Positions 29,064 to 37,046 of a DNA stretch of 64,000 bases are shown here, piece after piece. Where the stretch lies: positions 64,001 through 128,000 of the forward strand of contig JAVVEA010000008.1 in NCBI GenBank assembly GCA_032250835.1, read 5' to 3'. A model generated the notes under the pieces. That model worked only from the letters and a program-made list of their open reading frames with translations. It had not been told where the DNA came from and searched no databases. Both the position numbers and the translations under genes were made by a program. The stretch comes from a bacterium (GTDB taxonomy: Bacteria; SAR324; XYD2-FULL-50-16). How positions within the stretch are numbered: the first letter of the stretch is position 1; each line of letters begins with the position of its first letter.

Positions 29064-30094
29064 TGAAATCAATTAAATACCTGATAATATTAAGCCTGCT
29101 AGTCGGCTGTGGCAAGCAACTGACCCAGGATAATCAAGGGGCGGCGGATAAAGAATTGCCTGAAAGGACCACACTGACCTTTTCCGGCCTTAGCGGTACG
29201 CCCGCCGAAGGTGGGGCAACGGCCAGCATGACCGTTCAAGCGGGCTACGCCCCGACCAGTTCCTTTACTTTGACCTTGACGGATGCCCAGAACCAGATTT
29301 CCTTTAGCCCAGAAAAGTTAGTCTTTACCGCCGACAACTGGTCCGTGGCCCGAGAGGTGACGATCACGGCTATTGATGATTCCGATAACGACGACAACGC
29401 CGTAGGGACCGTAGGGTTTAGAGTCTTAACCGACGATCTGGTCTACCAAAAGGCGACCGCCAATAGCTATTCGGTGAGTACCCTGGATAACGACAGCCGA
29501 CTCGACGAATTGGGAGCCTACGAGTTTACCTTGCTGCGCTCGGGCGGGACCTGTCCCGCCGGCTTTACCGCCGGGTCCATCAGCTTAGATACCGAGGACT
29601 TAAGTAACAACGACAGCGTGACCGGCGAGGTGGGGGATACCTGGACCGGGTCGAACGGGCTGCATCTTGAGCTTTGCACCTTGGACCAGCCGATCTCTAG
29701 TGCTTGGTCTAATGCTACGGCCACGGGGTTTGCCTTCTTGCGCCATGGGGGAAGTTGTCCTAGCGGGATGGCCGAAGGAACCATCCGCATCAACAGCGAA
29801 ATCGACAATACGGACAGTAGCATATCGGGCAATGCTGGCGACAGCTACATTAAGGCACCCTATGTCTACTTAGAAACCTGCGAATCCACCGCCAGCTTCG
29901 ACTATACCCTGTTAGAAACCGCCTCGTTTACGCTCTTTAAAAGTGGCAGCTGCCCTGGCTCTTCTTCAGGGGCGATCATCAAGGTAGACACCGAAGACGA
30001 CACAAATTACGACGCTTGGTCCGGAGCGGTCGGCGACAGCTACGTCTCCCAAGACCAGGGCACCAGCGTCTTCTTGCAGGTTTGCACCTATTAG
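29063..30094 (+). CDS. Lipoprotein with Calx-beta/Ig-like domain and three ApeC-like Cys/DxED repeats
   Basis: Lipobox LVGC; LVFTADNWSVAREVTITAIDD (Calx-beta-like); three internal repeats GxCP...G.I..DTED..N...G..GD.Y....L..C. Start ATG 29063. Confidence 0.65.
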   Translation: MKSIKYLIILSLLVGCGKQLTQDNQGAADKELPERTTLTFSGLSGTPAEGGATASMTVQAGYAPTSSFTLTLTDAQNQISFSPEKLVFTADNWSVAREVTITAIDDSDNDDNAVGTVGFRVLTDDLVYQKATANSYSVSTLDNDSRLDELGAYEFTLLRSGGTCPAGFTAGSISLDTEDLSNNDSVTGEVGDTWTGSNGLHLELCTLDQPISSAWSNATATGFAFLRHGGSCPSGMAEGTIRINSEIDNTDSSISGNAGDSYIKAPYVYLETCESTASFDYTLLETASFTLFKSGSCPGSSSGAIIKVDTEDDTNYDAWSGAVGDSYVSQDQGTSVFLQVCTY

Positions 30095-30132
30095 CAGCAC
30101 CGCCGCGGCGGTCGCTAGCGCTTTGAAGGGAC

Positions 30133-30229
30133 CTAAACAAACTTCCCCCGCAGCTTCTTGGGCAGCTTCGAAAGATACAAAATCTTTTGCAGGGTGTCGG
30201 TGGTTTTCTTGGGGCCTAAAAGGTGCGCA
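30133..30229 (-). pseudogene. Duplicated, diverged 3' end of the small gene at 32118-32324
   Basis: Reads AHLLGPKKTTDTLQKILYLSKLPKKLRGKFV* versus ARLLGRKETIDALQEFLARYLSKLPKKLRGKFEA*; in-frame stop just upstream and no start codon. Confidence 0.8.
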
Positions 30230-30593
30230 CCCTTTTGGCTGCCCTAAACCCCAGACCTTTCTCTGTATTCCTCGTTAGACAGGTTGGCGAAGCCCTCCCG
30301 AAAAACTCCCGCCCATTCTGCGCCCTTCCCAAACATTTTTTAAGCTTTAACCCTCCACCTCCCCACCGAGGTTGTGGCTAGCAAGCCCCCGGAAGTTAAA
30401 TAGGTAAAGGGTCCCCCCACTTTGCTAAAAAAAAGGGGTCCGGTGGCCCGAAACCCAGTGGCGTTGCCCTAGTCTTAGTGGCTTTCTGTTCAGCGGGGGA
30501 GGTTGACGCCTGCGGGTACGGTTGATTTAAGGCGGGTCTAATGGACAGCCTTTGCATCTGGGTATACATTAGTACATACATTACCGGAGGCTT

Positions 30594-30836
30594 ATGTTCC
30601 GCACCCAAATCTATCTGACCGAGTCGGAGCGCGAGGGGTTAAAGGCCCTTTCGGCTCAAGAAGGCACCAGCCAAAGCGAGCTGATCCGCCAAGCCATTGA
30701 CCGCTACCTCCTGGAGCACCAGCAAAAGGACTGGAAAGGCAACCTGTTGGCCCTTGCGGGGTGTTTGTCTGAGAAAGAGGATTGGCCGGACTTTCAGGCC
30801 CTGCGCGCCGAAGGGGACCGGGAGTTGAACTGGTGA
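30594..30836 (+). CDS. CopG/ribbon-helix-helix antitoxin (VapB-type)
   Basis: RTQIYLT...SQSELIRQAID RHH; GGAGG RBS; ATACATTA direct repeat (30564, 30576) upstream. Confidence 0.88.
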   Translation: MFRTQIYLTESEREGLKALSAQEGTSQSELIRQAIDRYLLEHQQKDWKGNLLALAGCLSEKEDWPDFQALRAEGDRELNW

Positions 30837-31249
30837 AGCCCTACTTGCTCGACACCTGCATCCTGATCGACTTCAGCCGAGGCAACCCCCAGGCCGGTGA
30901 GTTCATGCAAGGATTGGAGCAACAACCGCTGATTTCCTCACTGGTCGTCGCCGAGTTATACGCCGGAATCAAAAAGCCCAAGGAGCGGGCTTTGGTGGGG
31001 AAATTAGTTGAGGCATGCTGCGTGGTGGAATTAACGCAGACCATGGCCGAACAAGGCGGCAAGTGGCGCGCCCAATACGGCCCCAGCCACCACGTTGGCC
31101 TAATCGACCCCCTCCTAGCCGCCACCGCCCAGGAAGCGGGAGCAGTTTTCGCCACCCTAAACCTAAAGCACTTCCCTATGCTGGGTGCAAAGACGTTGCT
31201 CAAGCCTTACCAAAAGGTTTGGGGAATCTGCGGCCTCCCGCCCCAATGA
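30833..31249 (+). CDS. vapC: PIN-domain toxin (VapC family)
   Basis: LLDTCILID, ELYAG, DPLLAATA, TLNLKHFP; GTG start at 30833 overlaps the antitoxin stop (GTGA). Confidence 0.88.
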   Translation: MKPYLLDTCILIDFSRGNPQAGEFMQGLEQQPLISSLVVAELYAGIKKPKERALVGKLVEACCVVELTQTMAEQGGKWRAQYGPSHHVGLIDPLLAATAQEAGAVFATLNLKHFPMLGAKTLLKPYQKVWGICGLPPQ

Positions 31250-31389
31250 GTTCCGTTTTAGGACCATTAGACCTACGGTCGCCAAACGGTTCCAATTCCG
31301 CGAATTCATGGGCTAGAGGGACCTGTATTCGCCAGGGTCTGAAGTTGAAACGGCGGCGCTGTTTTTTTAGGACGCGGTGAAAAGCCCAC

Positions 31390-31692
31390 TTAGGCTTCAG
31401 CTAGCGCCTCAAAGGGCTTGATCTTGGGCAAGCTTTTATCTTGGCCCGCCTCCCAAAGGTCCACTGCTTCTTGTAGGTTCAACCAGAACTCGGGACTGGT
31501 CTGGGTAAACATTCCCAGCCGGATCGCCATATTCGCCGAAAGCGCTTGCCGCTCGTTGACCAGAGCACTGATGGTTTTGCGGGTGACGCCCAACCGGTCC
31601 GCTAAACCCTGCTGGCTCAAGCCAAATTCCGCCAAAATATCTTCTTTGATGTAAACACCTGGATGGGTGGGCCTTACGTTGCTGCGGATCAT
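31390..31692 (-). CDS. higA: HigA family antitoxin (XRE HTH)
   Basis: PTHPG, LSQQGLADRLGVTRKTISALVNE, TSPEFWLNLQ. Confidence 0.92.
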   Translation of the reverse strand: MIRSNVRPTHPGVYIKEDILAEFGLSQQGLADRLGVTRKTISALVNERQALSANMAIRLGMFTQTSPEFWLNLQEAVDLWEAGQDKSLPKIKPFEALAEA

Positions 31693-31701
31693 TGGCTTTC
31701 C

Positions 31702-31980
31702 TTAGTGGTAATCTTCAAAGAGAACATCCTGAGCGCCATCGTTCCAACTAAAGGAGATGCGCCACTGGATGTTGATTCGAATGGCGTATCTGGCGGGGTT
31801 GTGCCCCTGCAAAGCGTGAAACTTATTGGAAGGGGGAAAGTAAAGGTCCTCAAGCCTACTGGCAGCATGAAGACGATCCAACCCTTTTTTTACTTTGCGG
31901 GCGAGGTTAAAATCAACATTCTTGGCTTTCCCTTCTGTGAAGAGCTGTGCAGTGGTTTTGTCTCGGAAGAAATGGATCAT
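31702..31980 (-). CDS. higB: HigB/RelE-family toxin
   Basis: FRDK, PPSNKFHALQG, IRINIQWRISF, terminal DYH; toxin-first gene order. Confidence 0.92.
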   Translation of the reverse strand: MIHFFRDKTTAQLFTEGKAKNVDFNLARKVKKGLDRLHAASRLEDLYFPPSNKFHALQGHNPARYAIRINIQWRISFSWNDGAQDVLFEDYH

Positions 31981-32002
31981 TGAAGGTTATTGTGTTTACC
32001 TG

Positions 32003-32032
32003 AATGTAACCCATAAGGTTACATGACGTCAA
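32003..32032 (-). promoter_or_regulatory. higBA promoter with overlapping palindromic operator
   Basis: ATGTAACC-cataa-GGTTACAT (32004-32024) within minus-strand TTGACG-N18-TACATT. Confidence 0.75.
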
Positions 32033-32117
32033 TTGGTTTTTAATTCCCCACAGAAGTCGGTTGGGTATCGCGGAGGCACTTGCGACCTTTTACGTTGTAT
32101 CTGTTTATTGAATTAGT

Positions 32118-32324
32118 TCACGCCTCAAACTTCCCCCGCAACTTCTTGGGCAGCTTTGAAAGGTATCTAGCCAAAAACTCTTGCAGGGCGTCGATGGTTT
32201 CTTTGCGGCCTAAAAGGCGGGCGGTGACTTGGGGGTCTTCGGGGATTTGGGCGAGCGCGGTCTCGACCTCTTCGAGGTGGGCTTTGATCAGTTGGTGCAG
32301 TTCGTAGAAATATTCGGGGGCCAT
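32118..32324 (-). CDS. Small helical hypothetical protein (68 aa)
   Basis: AGGAA RBS, host-like codon usage, weak similarity to the upstream small gene. Confidence 0.7.
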   Translation of the reverse strand: MAPEYFYELHQLIKAHLEEVETALAQIPEDPQVTARLLGRKETIDALQEFLARYLSKLPKKLRGKFEA

Positions 32325-32360
32325 GGGGATTCCTGAAAGGGGGCGCGGCGGGTCGCCGGG

Positions 32361-32552
32361 CTAGTAGTATTTTTGGGTTTTCAGGTCGTAATTTTTGGTC
32401 AGGTGGTCGCGGAAGAACTGGGCTTCTTCTAAGCGGCCTTCGGCGCGTATCCGCGCTTCGCTGCCTTCGTCTAGGCCCATCATTTCGGCCTGGGCCTTTT
32501 GGATCAGCTCGCCGATAAAGTTCTGAATTTCTACGGAATATTGGTGCGCCAT
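32361..32552 (-). CDS. Small helical hypothetical protein (63 aa)
   Basis: GAGAGG RBS; MAHQYSVEI...EGRLEE...YDLKTQKYY. Confidence 0.7.
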   Translation of the reverse strand: MAHQYSVEIQNFIGELIQKAQAEMMGLDEGSEARIRAEGRLEEAQFFRDHLTKNYDLKTQKYY

Positions 32553-32735
32553 GGGGGTTCCCTCTCAGTGTAATTTGGCCCTAGTTTAGTCCCTTATGCC
32601 TCTGCTGGCAACGACCAAAGAGCCGCCTTCGGGCGGGTCTTTTAAGAAGGGGCTGGCGAGCTTGGCTTGTGCCGGGGTCCGAAACCGGATAGAATGGGCT
32701 TGACCTGTTACTTTAAACCCCATCCGCAAAGCTCT

Positions 32736-33266
32736 ATGCCGCGCCACCTGCTGACTTGGTTGCTTCCTTTCGTCTTATTCACCTTGGCGGTCGGTTGTGA
32801 CCGGGAAAATCGAGCCCTCAACCAGCTGCCGCCCCGCGAACCTTTAGAAGTGGCCCCGCGCATCCCACCGGCCATGAAGGCCATGGGGCAGTTAGTCTAC
32901 GTGCCGGTCTATTCTTCGATTCAAGAGGGCCAAAAGGGACGGTTGTTCCACCTAAGTGCTCACCTGTCGGTGCGTAACATTTCCCAGAAAAACAGCATTG
33001 TGTTGGCTGTGGCAGACTATTACGACAGCAACGGAAAACAGGTGCGCAGGCTCTTAGAAGCTCCGGTCAAACTGGGGCCCATGGCCAGCACGGACTTTTT
33101 CATCCGCAGCAACGACCTAGCCGGAGTAACCGGGGCTAGCTTCTTGGTGGAATGGGAGGCCGAAAATCCAACGGCCCCGCCGGTGGTCCAAGCGGTCATG
33201 CTGGGCACCAACGGGGGCCAGGGGATTTCTTTCGTGACCAACGGTCTGCCGGTGGATTCACACTGA
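32736..33266 (+). CDS. DUF3124 family lipoprotein
   Basis: Lipobox AVGC; VYVPVYS, LSVRN, DYYDSNGK, GASFLVEW, QGISF. Start moved to ATG 32736. Confidence 0.85.
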   Translation: MPRHLLTWLLPFVLFTLAVGCDRENRALNQLPPREPLEVAPRIPPAMKAMGQLVYVPVYSSIQEGQKGRLFHLSAHLSVRNISQKNSIVLAVADYYDSNGKQVRRLLEAPVKLGPMASTDFFIRSNDLAGVTGASFLVEWEAENPTAPPVVQAVMLGTNGGQGISFVTNGLPVDSH

Positions 33267-33345
33267 TCAGGCAGGCACCTTGGTCGAGCGGGCGGTCCCA
33301 GCGGTTCGAAGCTCCGCCTTTTGGGGCGCTGGGGTAAGGACAAAC

Positions 33346-33386
33346 AAAAAGACCCCGGCAGCTGAAGCTACCGGGGCCTTTTCTTT
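33346..33386. terminator. Bidirectional rho-independent terminator
   Basis: AAAAAGACCCCGGCAGCT-ga-AGCTACCGGGGCCTTTTCTTT between convergent genes. Confidence 0.75.
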
Positions 33387-33408
33387 AGATGTTAAAGCCT
33401 GTTAAAAC

Positions 33409-34518
33409 TTAGCTTTGAGCGGGCTTGGGGCAAGCAGCCAAGGCCTCAACCACCTTATCGCCGAAGGCCGAGGTGCTGATCAAGTTCGAGCCGCCGCGCT
33501 TGAGGTCCGGCGTGGTGAAGCCAGCACCGAAGACGCTCTTCATAGCCGCCCAAAGGTTGGCCGCTTCTTCGGCCATGCCAAAACTCATGTCCAGCATCAT
33601 GGCCACGGAACCGATCATCGAGTAGGGATTAGCAATGCCTTGACCGGCAATGTCCGGGGCCGAGCCGTGGCTGGGCTCGTAGTAGGCTTTGTCGGGGCCC
33701 ATGCAGGCCGAGGGCATTAGGCCCAAACTGCCCAAGATGCCGCCGCCCTGATCGCTTAAAATATCGCCAAACATGTTTTCCATCACCATCACGTCAAACT
33801 GTCCGGGGTTCAGGCAGAGCGCGGTAGCGGCGGCGTCAACCAACATGTGCTTGACCTCGACTTGCGGGTAACTCGGGGCCAGTTCGTCTAAGATTTCGTT
33901 CCAGAGCACGCTGGACTTTAAAACGTTGGACTTGTGGATGTTGTGCAAGACCTTCTTGCGCTTCATGGCCGTCTCGAAGCCGACCACCAAAATTTGGCGG
34001 ATTTGGTCTTCGTCGTATTCTAAGATTTCGTTTACATAGCGCTTGCCCGCTGCGTTGGTTCCCATCTCCTTCTTGCCGAAGTAAAGACCGCCGACCAATT
34101 CGCGGATGATCATGATGTCGATCCCTTCACCGATGATCTCGGGCTTTAGGGGACTAAAATGAGCCAGTTCCTTCGGGAGGTAGACAGGGCGGAAGTTGGC
34201 GTAGGTGTTTAAGCGCTTGCGCATGGGCAGCAAAGCGCCCCGTTCGGGCTGTTTGTCTACCGGGATCTTCTGGCTTTCTTCGTGGCTTAAGCCGATGGTG
34301 CCCTTTAAGACGGCGTCGGCTTCGTCGCAGGCCTTTTTGGTTTCTTCAGGGAAGGCGTCGCCGGTCTCGAAGTAGGCAACCCCGCCGAAGAGGCAGTCTT
34401 GTAACTCAAAGGTTACCTCGTTGCGCTGTTCAACCAACTTTAAGATTTTAACCGCTTCGGCCATGATCTCAGGGCCGATCCCATCGCCCGCCAAAAGGGC
34501 GATTTTGTAGTGTTTCAT
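33409..34518 (-). CDS. leuB: 3-isopropylmalate dehydrogenase
   Basis: GDGIGPEI, PERGALL, RELVGGLYFG, NMFGDILSD, EPSHGSAPDIAG. Confidence 0.96.
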   Translation of the reverse strand: MKHYKIALLAGDGIGPEIMAEAVKILKLVEQRNEVTFELQDCLFGGVAYFETGDAFPEETKKACDEADAVLKGTIGLSHEESQKIPVDKQPERGALLPMRKRLNTYANFRPVYLPKELAHFSPLKPEIIGEGIDIMIIRELVGGLYFGKKEMGTNAAGKRYVNEILEYDEDQIRQILVVGFETAMKRKKVLHNIHKSNVLKSSVLWNEILDELAPSYPQVEVKHMLVDAAATALCLNPGQFDVMVMENMFGDILSDQGGGILGSLGLMPSACMGPDKAYYEPSHGSAPDIAGQGIANPYSMIGSVAMMLDMSFGMAEEAANLWAAMKSVFGAGFTTPDLKRGGSNLISTSAFGDKVVEALAACPKPAQS

Positions 34519-34531
34519 TGAAACTCCAGAT

Positions 34532-35437
34532 TTAGGGATGGTAATTGGTGGCCACCATGTCGGCGATGATCACCAGGTACAATAACAAAAGGTAGATGTT
34601 CGAAAAGATGAAGTTGCGCCTAAAGAGGCGTTCGTCGGCTTTGCCTAGGTTTTGGATGTTCATCCCTAAGAGGATGAGGCCCAAAAGGGTCGAGCCGACC
34701 AGATAGAGGGTACCCAACTCCGAATAGTGCCAAAGGGCCACCGAGGCCGCGAGTACCGCCAGGGCGTGGCCAATGATCAGCCAAATGGTGTTGTTCGCGC
34801 CAATCACCGGGGGCAACATGGGGATGCCCGCTTGCTCGTAGTCTTCTTGGTAGAAGGCGTTGAGGTTCCAAAAGTGGACGGGGTTCCAGAAGAAGCTGTG
34901 CACCGCCATGATCGCACCGGGCAGGGTGACCTCGCCGGTGATGGCCGTGTTGCCCGCTAAAATAGCAAAGGGCGAACTGAGGCTGCCGACGGTCACGTTC
35001 CAGAGGCTATGGTGTTTAAAGATCAGCGTGTAAATCACCACATAGGTGAAGAAGCCCATGAAGAGCCAAAGCGCCGAAACCCAGCCGAGCAACCACCAGC
35101 AAAGGCCGATCCCACCGAGGCTCAAGAAGGCCCCAAAACCTAAGCTTTGGCGCAGCATCAAGGGGTCGGAACTGACTAGAAGCCGGTGCTTGGTCCGGTT
35201 CATCAACTGGTCGGTTTCGCGCTCGAAGTAGTGGTTAAACACCGCTCCGCCCGCGCTGGCCATGATGGTGCTGATGATCACGATCCAAGAGGCCCATTGG
35301 CCGTAGGCCAGAAAGTCCTTCTGGAGCAAAAGCCCGACCCAAGCGGTCATGGCAATGGCCAGAAAGATTCGGGGCTTGGTTAGCGACAACAGACGCAGGG
35401 GACCTGTGGCCGTTTGTTTGGGTGCTTGGTCGGTCAT
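34532..35437 (-). CDS. cyoE: Protoheme IX farnesyltransferase (heme o synthase, UbiA family)
   Basis: LTKPRI, NHYFERETDQLMNRTKHR, WNPVHFW, DYEQAGIPMLP. Confidence 0.88.
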   Translation of the reverse strand: MTDQAPKQTATGPLRLLSLTKPRIFLAIAMTAWVGLLLQKDFLAYGQWASWIVIISTIMASAGGAVFNHYFERETDQLMNRTKHRLLVSSDPLMLRQSLGFGAFLSLGGIGLCWWLLGWVSALWLFMGFFTYVVIYTLIFKHHSLWNVTVGSLSSPFAILAGNTAITGEVTLPGAIMAVHSFFWNPVHFWNLNAFYQEDYEQAGIPMLPPVIGANNTIWLIIGHALAVLAASVALWHYSELGTLYLVGSTLLGLILLGMNIQNLGKADERLFRRNFIFSNIYLLLLYLVIIADMVATNYHP

Positions 35438-35677
35438 GGAGAATTGATAAAAGTTTTTTAGGGTGCTTGGGGGAGCACCGAATCAATAAATCTGGCAGGT
35501 TCAGCCTAAGAGGGCAAGCCCCAATCAACTGGGACGGGCCTATGAAGCAACCTACAAATTAAATAAATGCCCCTAGACAGGGCTATGGTAGCAAGGGCAA
35601 CCTACAGGTAGTGCCGGGGGGATCACTATAGCGAATGATTTTGGGCCTTGACCCGCAACCTCACAGGAGAATTTTTG

Positions 35678-36322
35678 ATGAAAGCCAATTTAGCCACCCT
35701 TGCCCTTATCGCCCTAGCCACCATGGGTTTAAGCCTTTCGGGCTGCGACAAAAAGCCCCAAACGCCCCAAGTCAAAGTGAGCGACTTCCGCGCCCGTTCG
35801 GTCGCCGCCGGAGCTCCGACCAGCGCGGTTTATATGACCATCGAAAACCAAGGGGCCGAGGCAGACCTGCTGCTCAGCGCCAAAGCCGAAGGGGTTGAGG
35901 CTACCGAATTGCACGAAACGACGATCGACGAAGCCGGCGTGATGAATATGAACAAGCTCCAAAGCATTGAAATTCCAGCTAATGGAACGGTAAGCTTTGC
36001 TCCGGGTGGTTTGCACGTGATGTTGATCGGTCTTAAAGAAGGCCTCAAAGAAGGTGATTCGGTGCTGTTGGACCTAAACTTCAAGCATGCGGGGATGATC
36101 TCCTTGAGCGTTCCCGTCAAAGGCTTGGCGATGGCTAACATGCCCATGGACGATGCCCACAAAGGCATGCAGATGCCCATGGACGATGCCCACAAAGGCA
36201 TGCAAATGCCCATGGACGATGCCCACAAAGGCATGCAGATGCCGATGGACGATGCCCACAAAGGCATGCAGATGCCCATGGACGATGCCCACAAAGGCAT
36301 GATGAACCAACCAGCCAAGTAA
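35678..36322 (+). CDS. PCu(A)C copper chaperone lipoprotein with Met/His-rich repeat tail
   Basis: Lipobox LSGC; ELHET...M.M...PGGLHVML Cu motif; five MPMDDAHKGM(Q) repeats. Start ATG 35678 after AGGAG. Confidence 0.9.
   Translation: MKANLATLALIALATMGLSLSGCDKKPQTPQVKVSDFRARSVAAGAPTSAVYMTIENQGAEADLLLSAKAEGVEATELHETTIDEAGVMNMNKLQSIEIPANGTVSFAPGGLHVMLIGLKEGLKEGDSVLLDLNFKHAGMISLSVPVKGLAMANMPMDDAHKGMQMPMDDAHKGMQMPMDDAHKGMQMPMDDAHKGMQMPMDDAHKGMMNQPAK
36140..36301 (+). repeat. In-frame 33-bp tandem repeat, about 5 copies
   Basis: Unit ATGCCCATGGACGATGCCCACAAAGGCATGCAG at 36140, 36173, 36206, 36239 and 36272; only synonymous variation. Confidence 0.95.
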
Positions 36323-36325
36323 GTT

Positions 36326-36952
36326 ATGATGATCCGTAGACTTTTATTAGTGGCCTTGGTCGCTTCGCTCAGCTTTGGCTGTATTAAAAACAAGCGCGAA
36401 GGCGAAGAGTCGGGCACCAAGGATTCCTTTGGCGATGTATCGCTGCAACGATTTGAGCACATCGGCGGGGATTTTACCTTAACGGACCAGAACGGAAAAC
36501 CCTGGACGCTCTCAGAGCAAAAGGGCAAAGCCTTGATTCTGTTTTTTGGGTACCTGACCTGCCCAGACGTTTGCCCGACCACGTTGGTCGAGATGTCCAA
36601 GGTGCTGACCGAACTGGGCCGCGATGCAGAACAGACCCAGGTGGTTTTTATTTCCGTAGATCCCGAGCGTGATTCACCCGAGAACTTACGGAACTATTTG
36701 GTCAACTTCAACCCCGCCTTCATCGGTCTGACCGGTACCCCCGAGCAGATCGCTAAGGTGGCCGAAGATTATAAAGTGGTCTACCGCCGCCGGGAACAAC
36801 GTTCGGCCATGGGTTACACCATCGACCATTCCAGCGGGAGTTACTTGGTTGATAAGGCCGGAGACGTACGCTACATCTTCGCCTTCCAGACCAAGCCCAA
36901 GTTCATCGTCAAAGGCATCGAAAAGGTCTTAGGGCTCGCCCCTGGGGCTTAG
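36326..36952 (+). CDS. SCO1/SenC family copper protein
   Basis: FFGYLTCPDVCP (CxxxC), SVDPERD, YTIDHS. Confidence 0.93.
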   Translation: MMIRRLLLVALVASLSFGCIKNKREGEESGTKDSFGDVSLQRFEHIGGDFTLTDQNGKPWTLSEQKGKALILFFGYLTCPDVCPTTLVEMSKVLTELGRDAEQTQVVFISVDPERDSPENLRNYLVNFNPAFIGLTGTPEQIAKVAEDYKVVYRRREQRSAMGYTIDHSSGSYLVDKAGDVRYIFAFQTKPKFIVKGIEKVLGLAPGA

Positions 36953-36998
36953 TCTTCGGCGCAAAAGGCCTGTTGCGGCTGAGTTGGACTGGTTAATC

Positions 36999-37035
36999 AA
37001 AGAGCCCCGTTGCCTTTAAGGTAGCGGGGCTTTTT
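36999..37035. terminator. Rho-independent terminator, probably bidirectional
   Basis: AAAGAGCCCCGTTGCCT-tta-AGGTAGCGGGGCTTTTT. Confidence 0.75.
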
Positions 37036-37046
37036 GCATTTAGAGG

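Noticed and set aside
30396-31983. ORFs 30396..30608, 30841..31203, 31015..31380 and 31663..31983
   Set aside because: They overlap well-supported toxin-antitoxin genes or their promoter and show no independent coding signal.
36140-36301. 33-bp repeat as CRISPR
   Set aside because: Head-to-tail with no spacers and in frame within the PCuAC gene.
35830-36600. 256-aa minus-strand ORF with ICMPLWASS repeats
   Set aside because: Antisense shadow of PCuAC-SCO and its tandem repeat.
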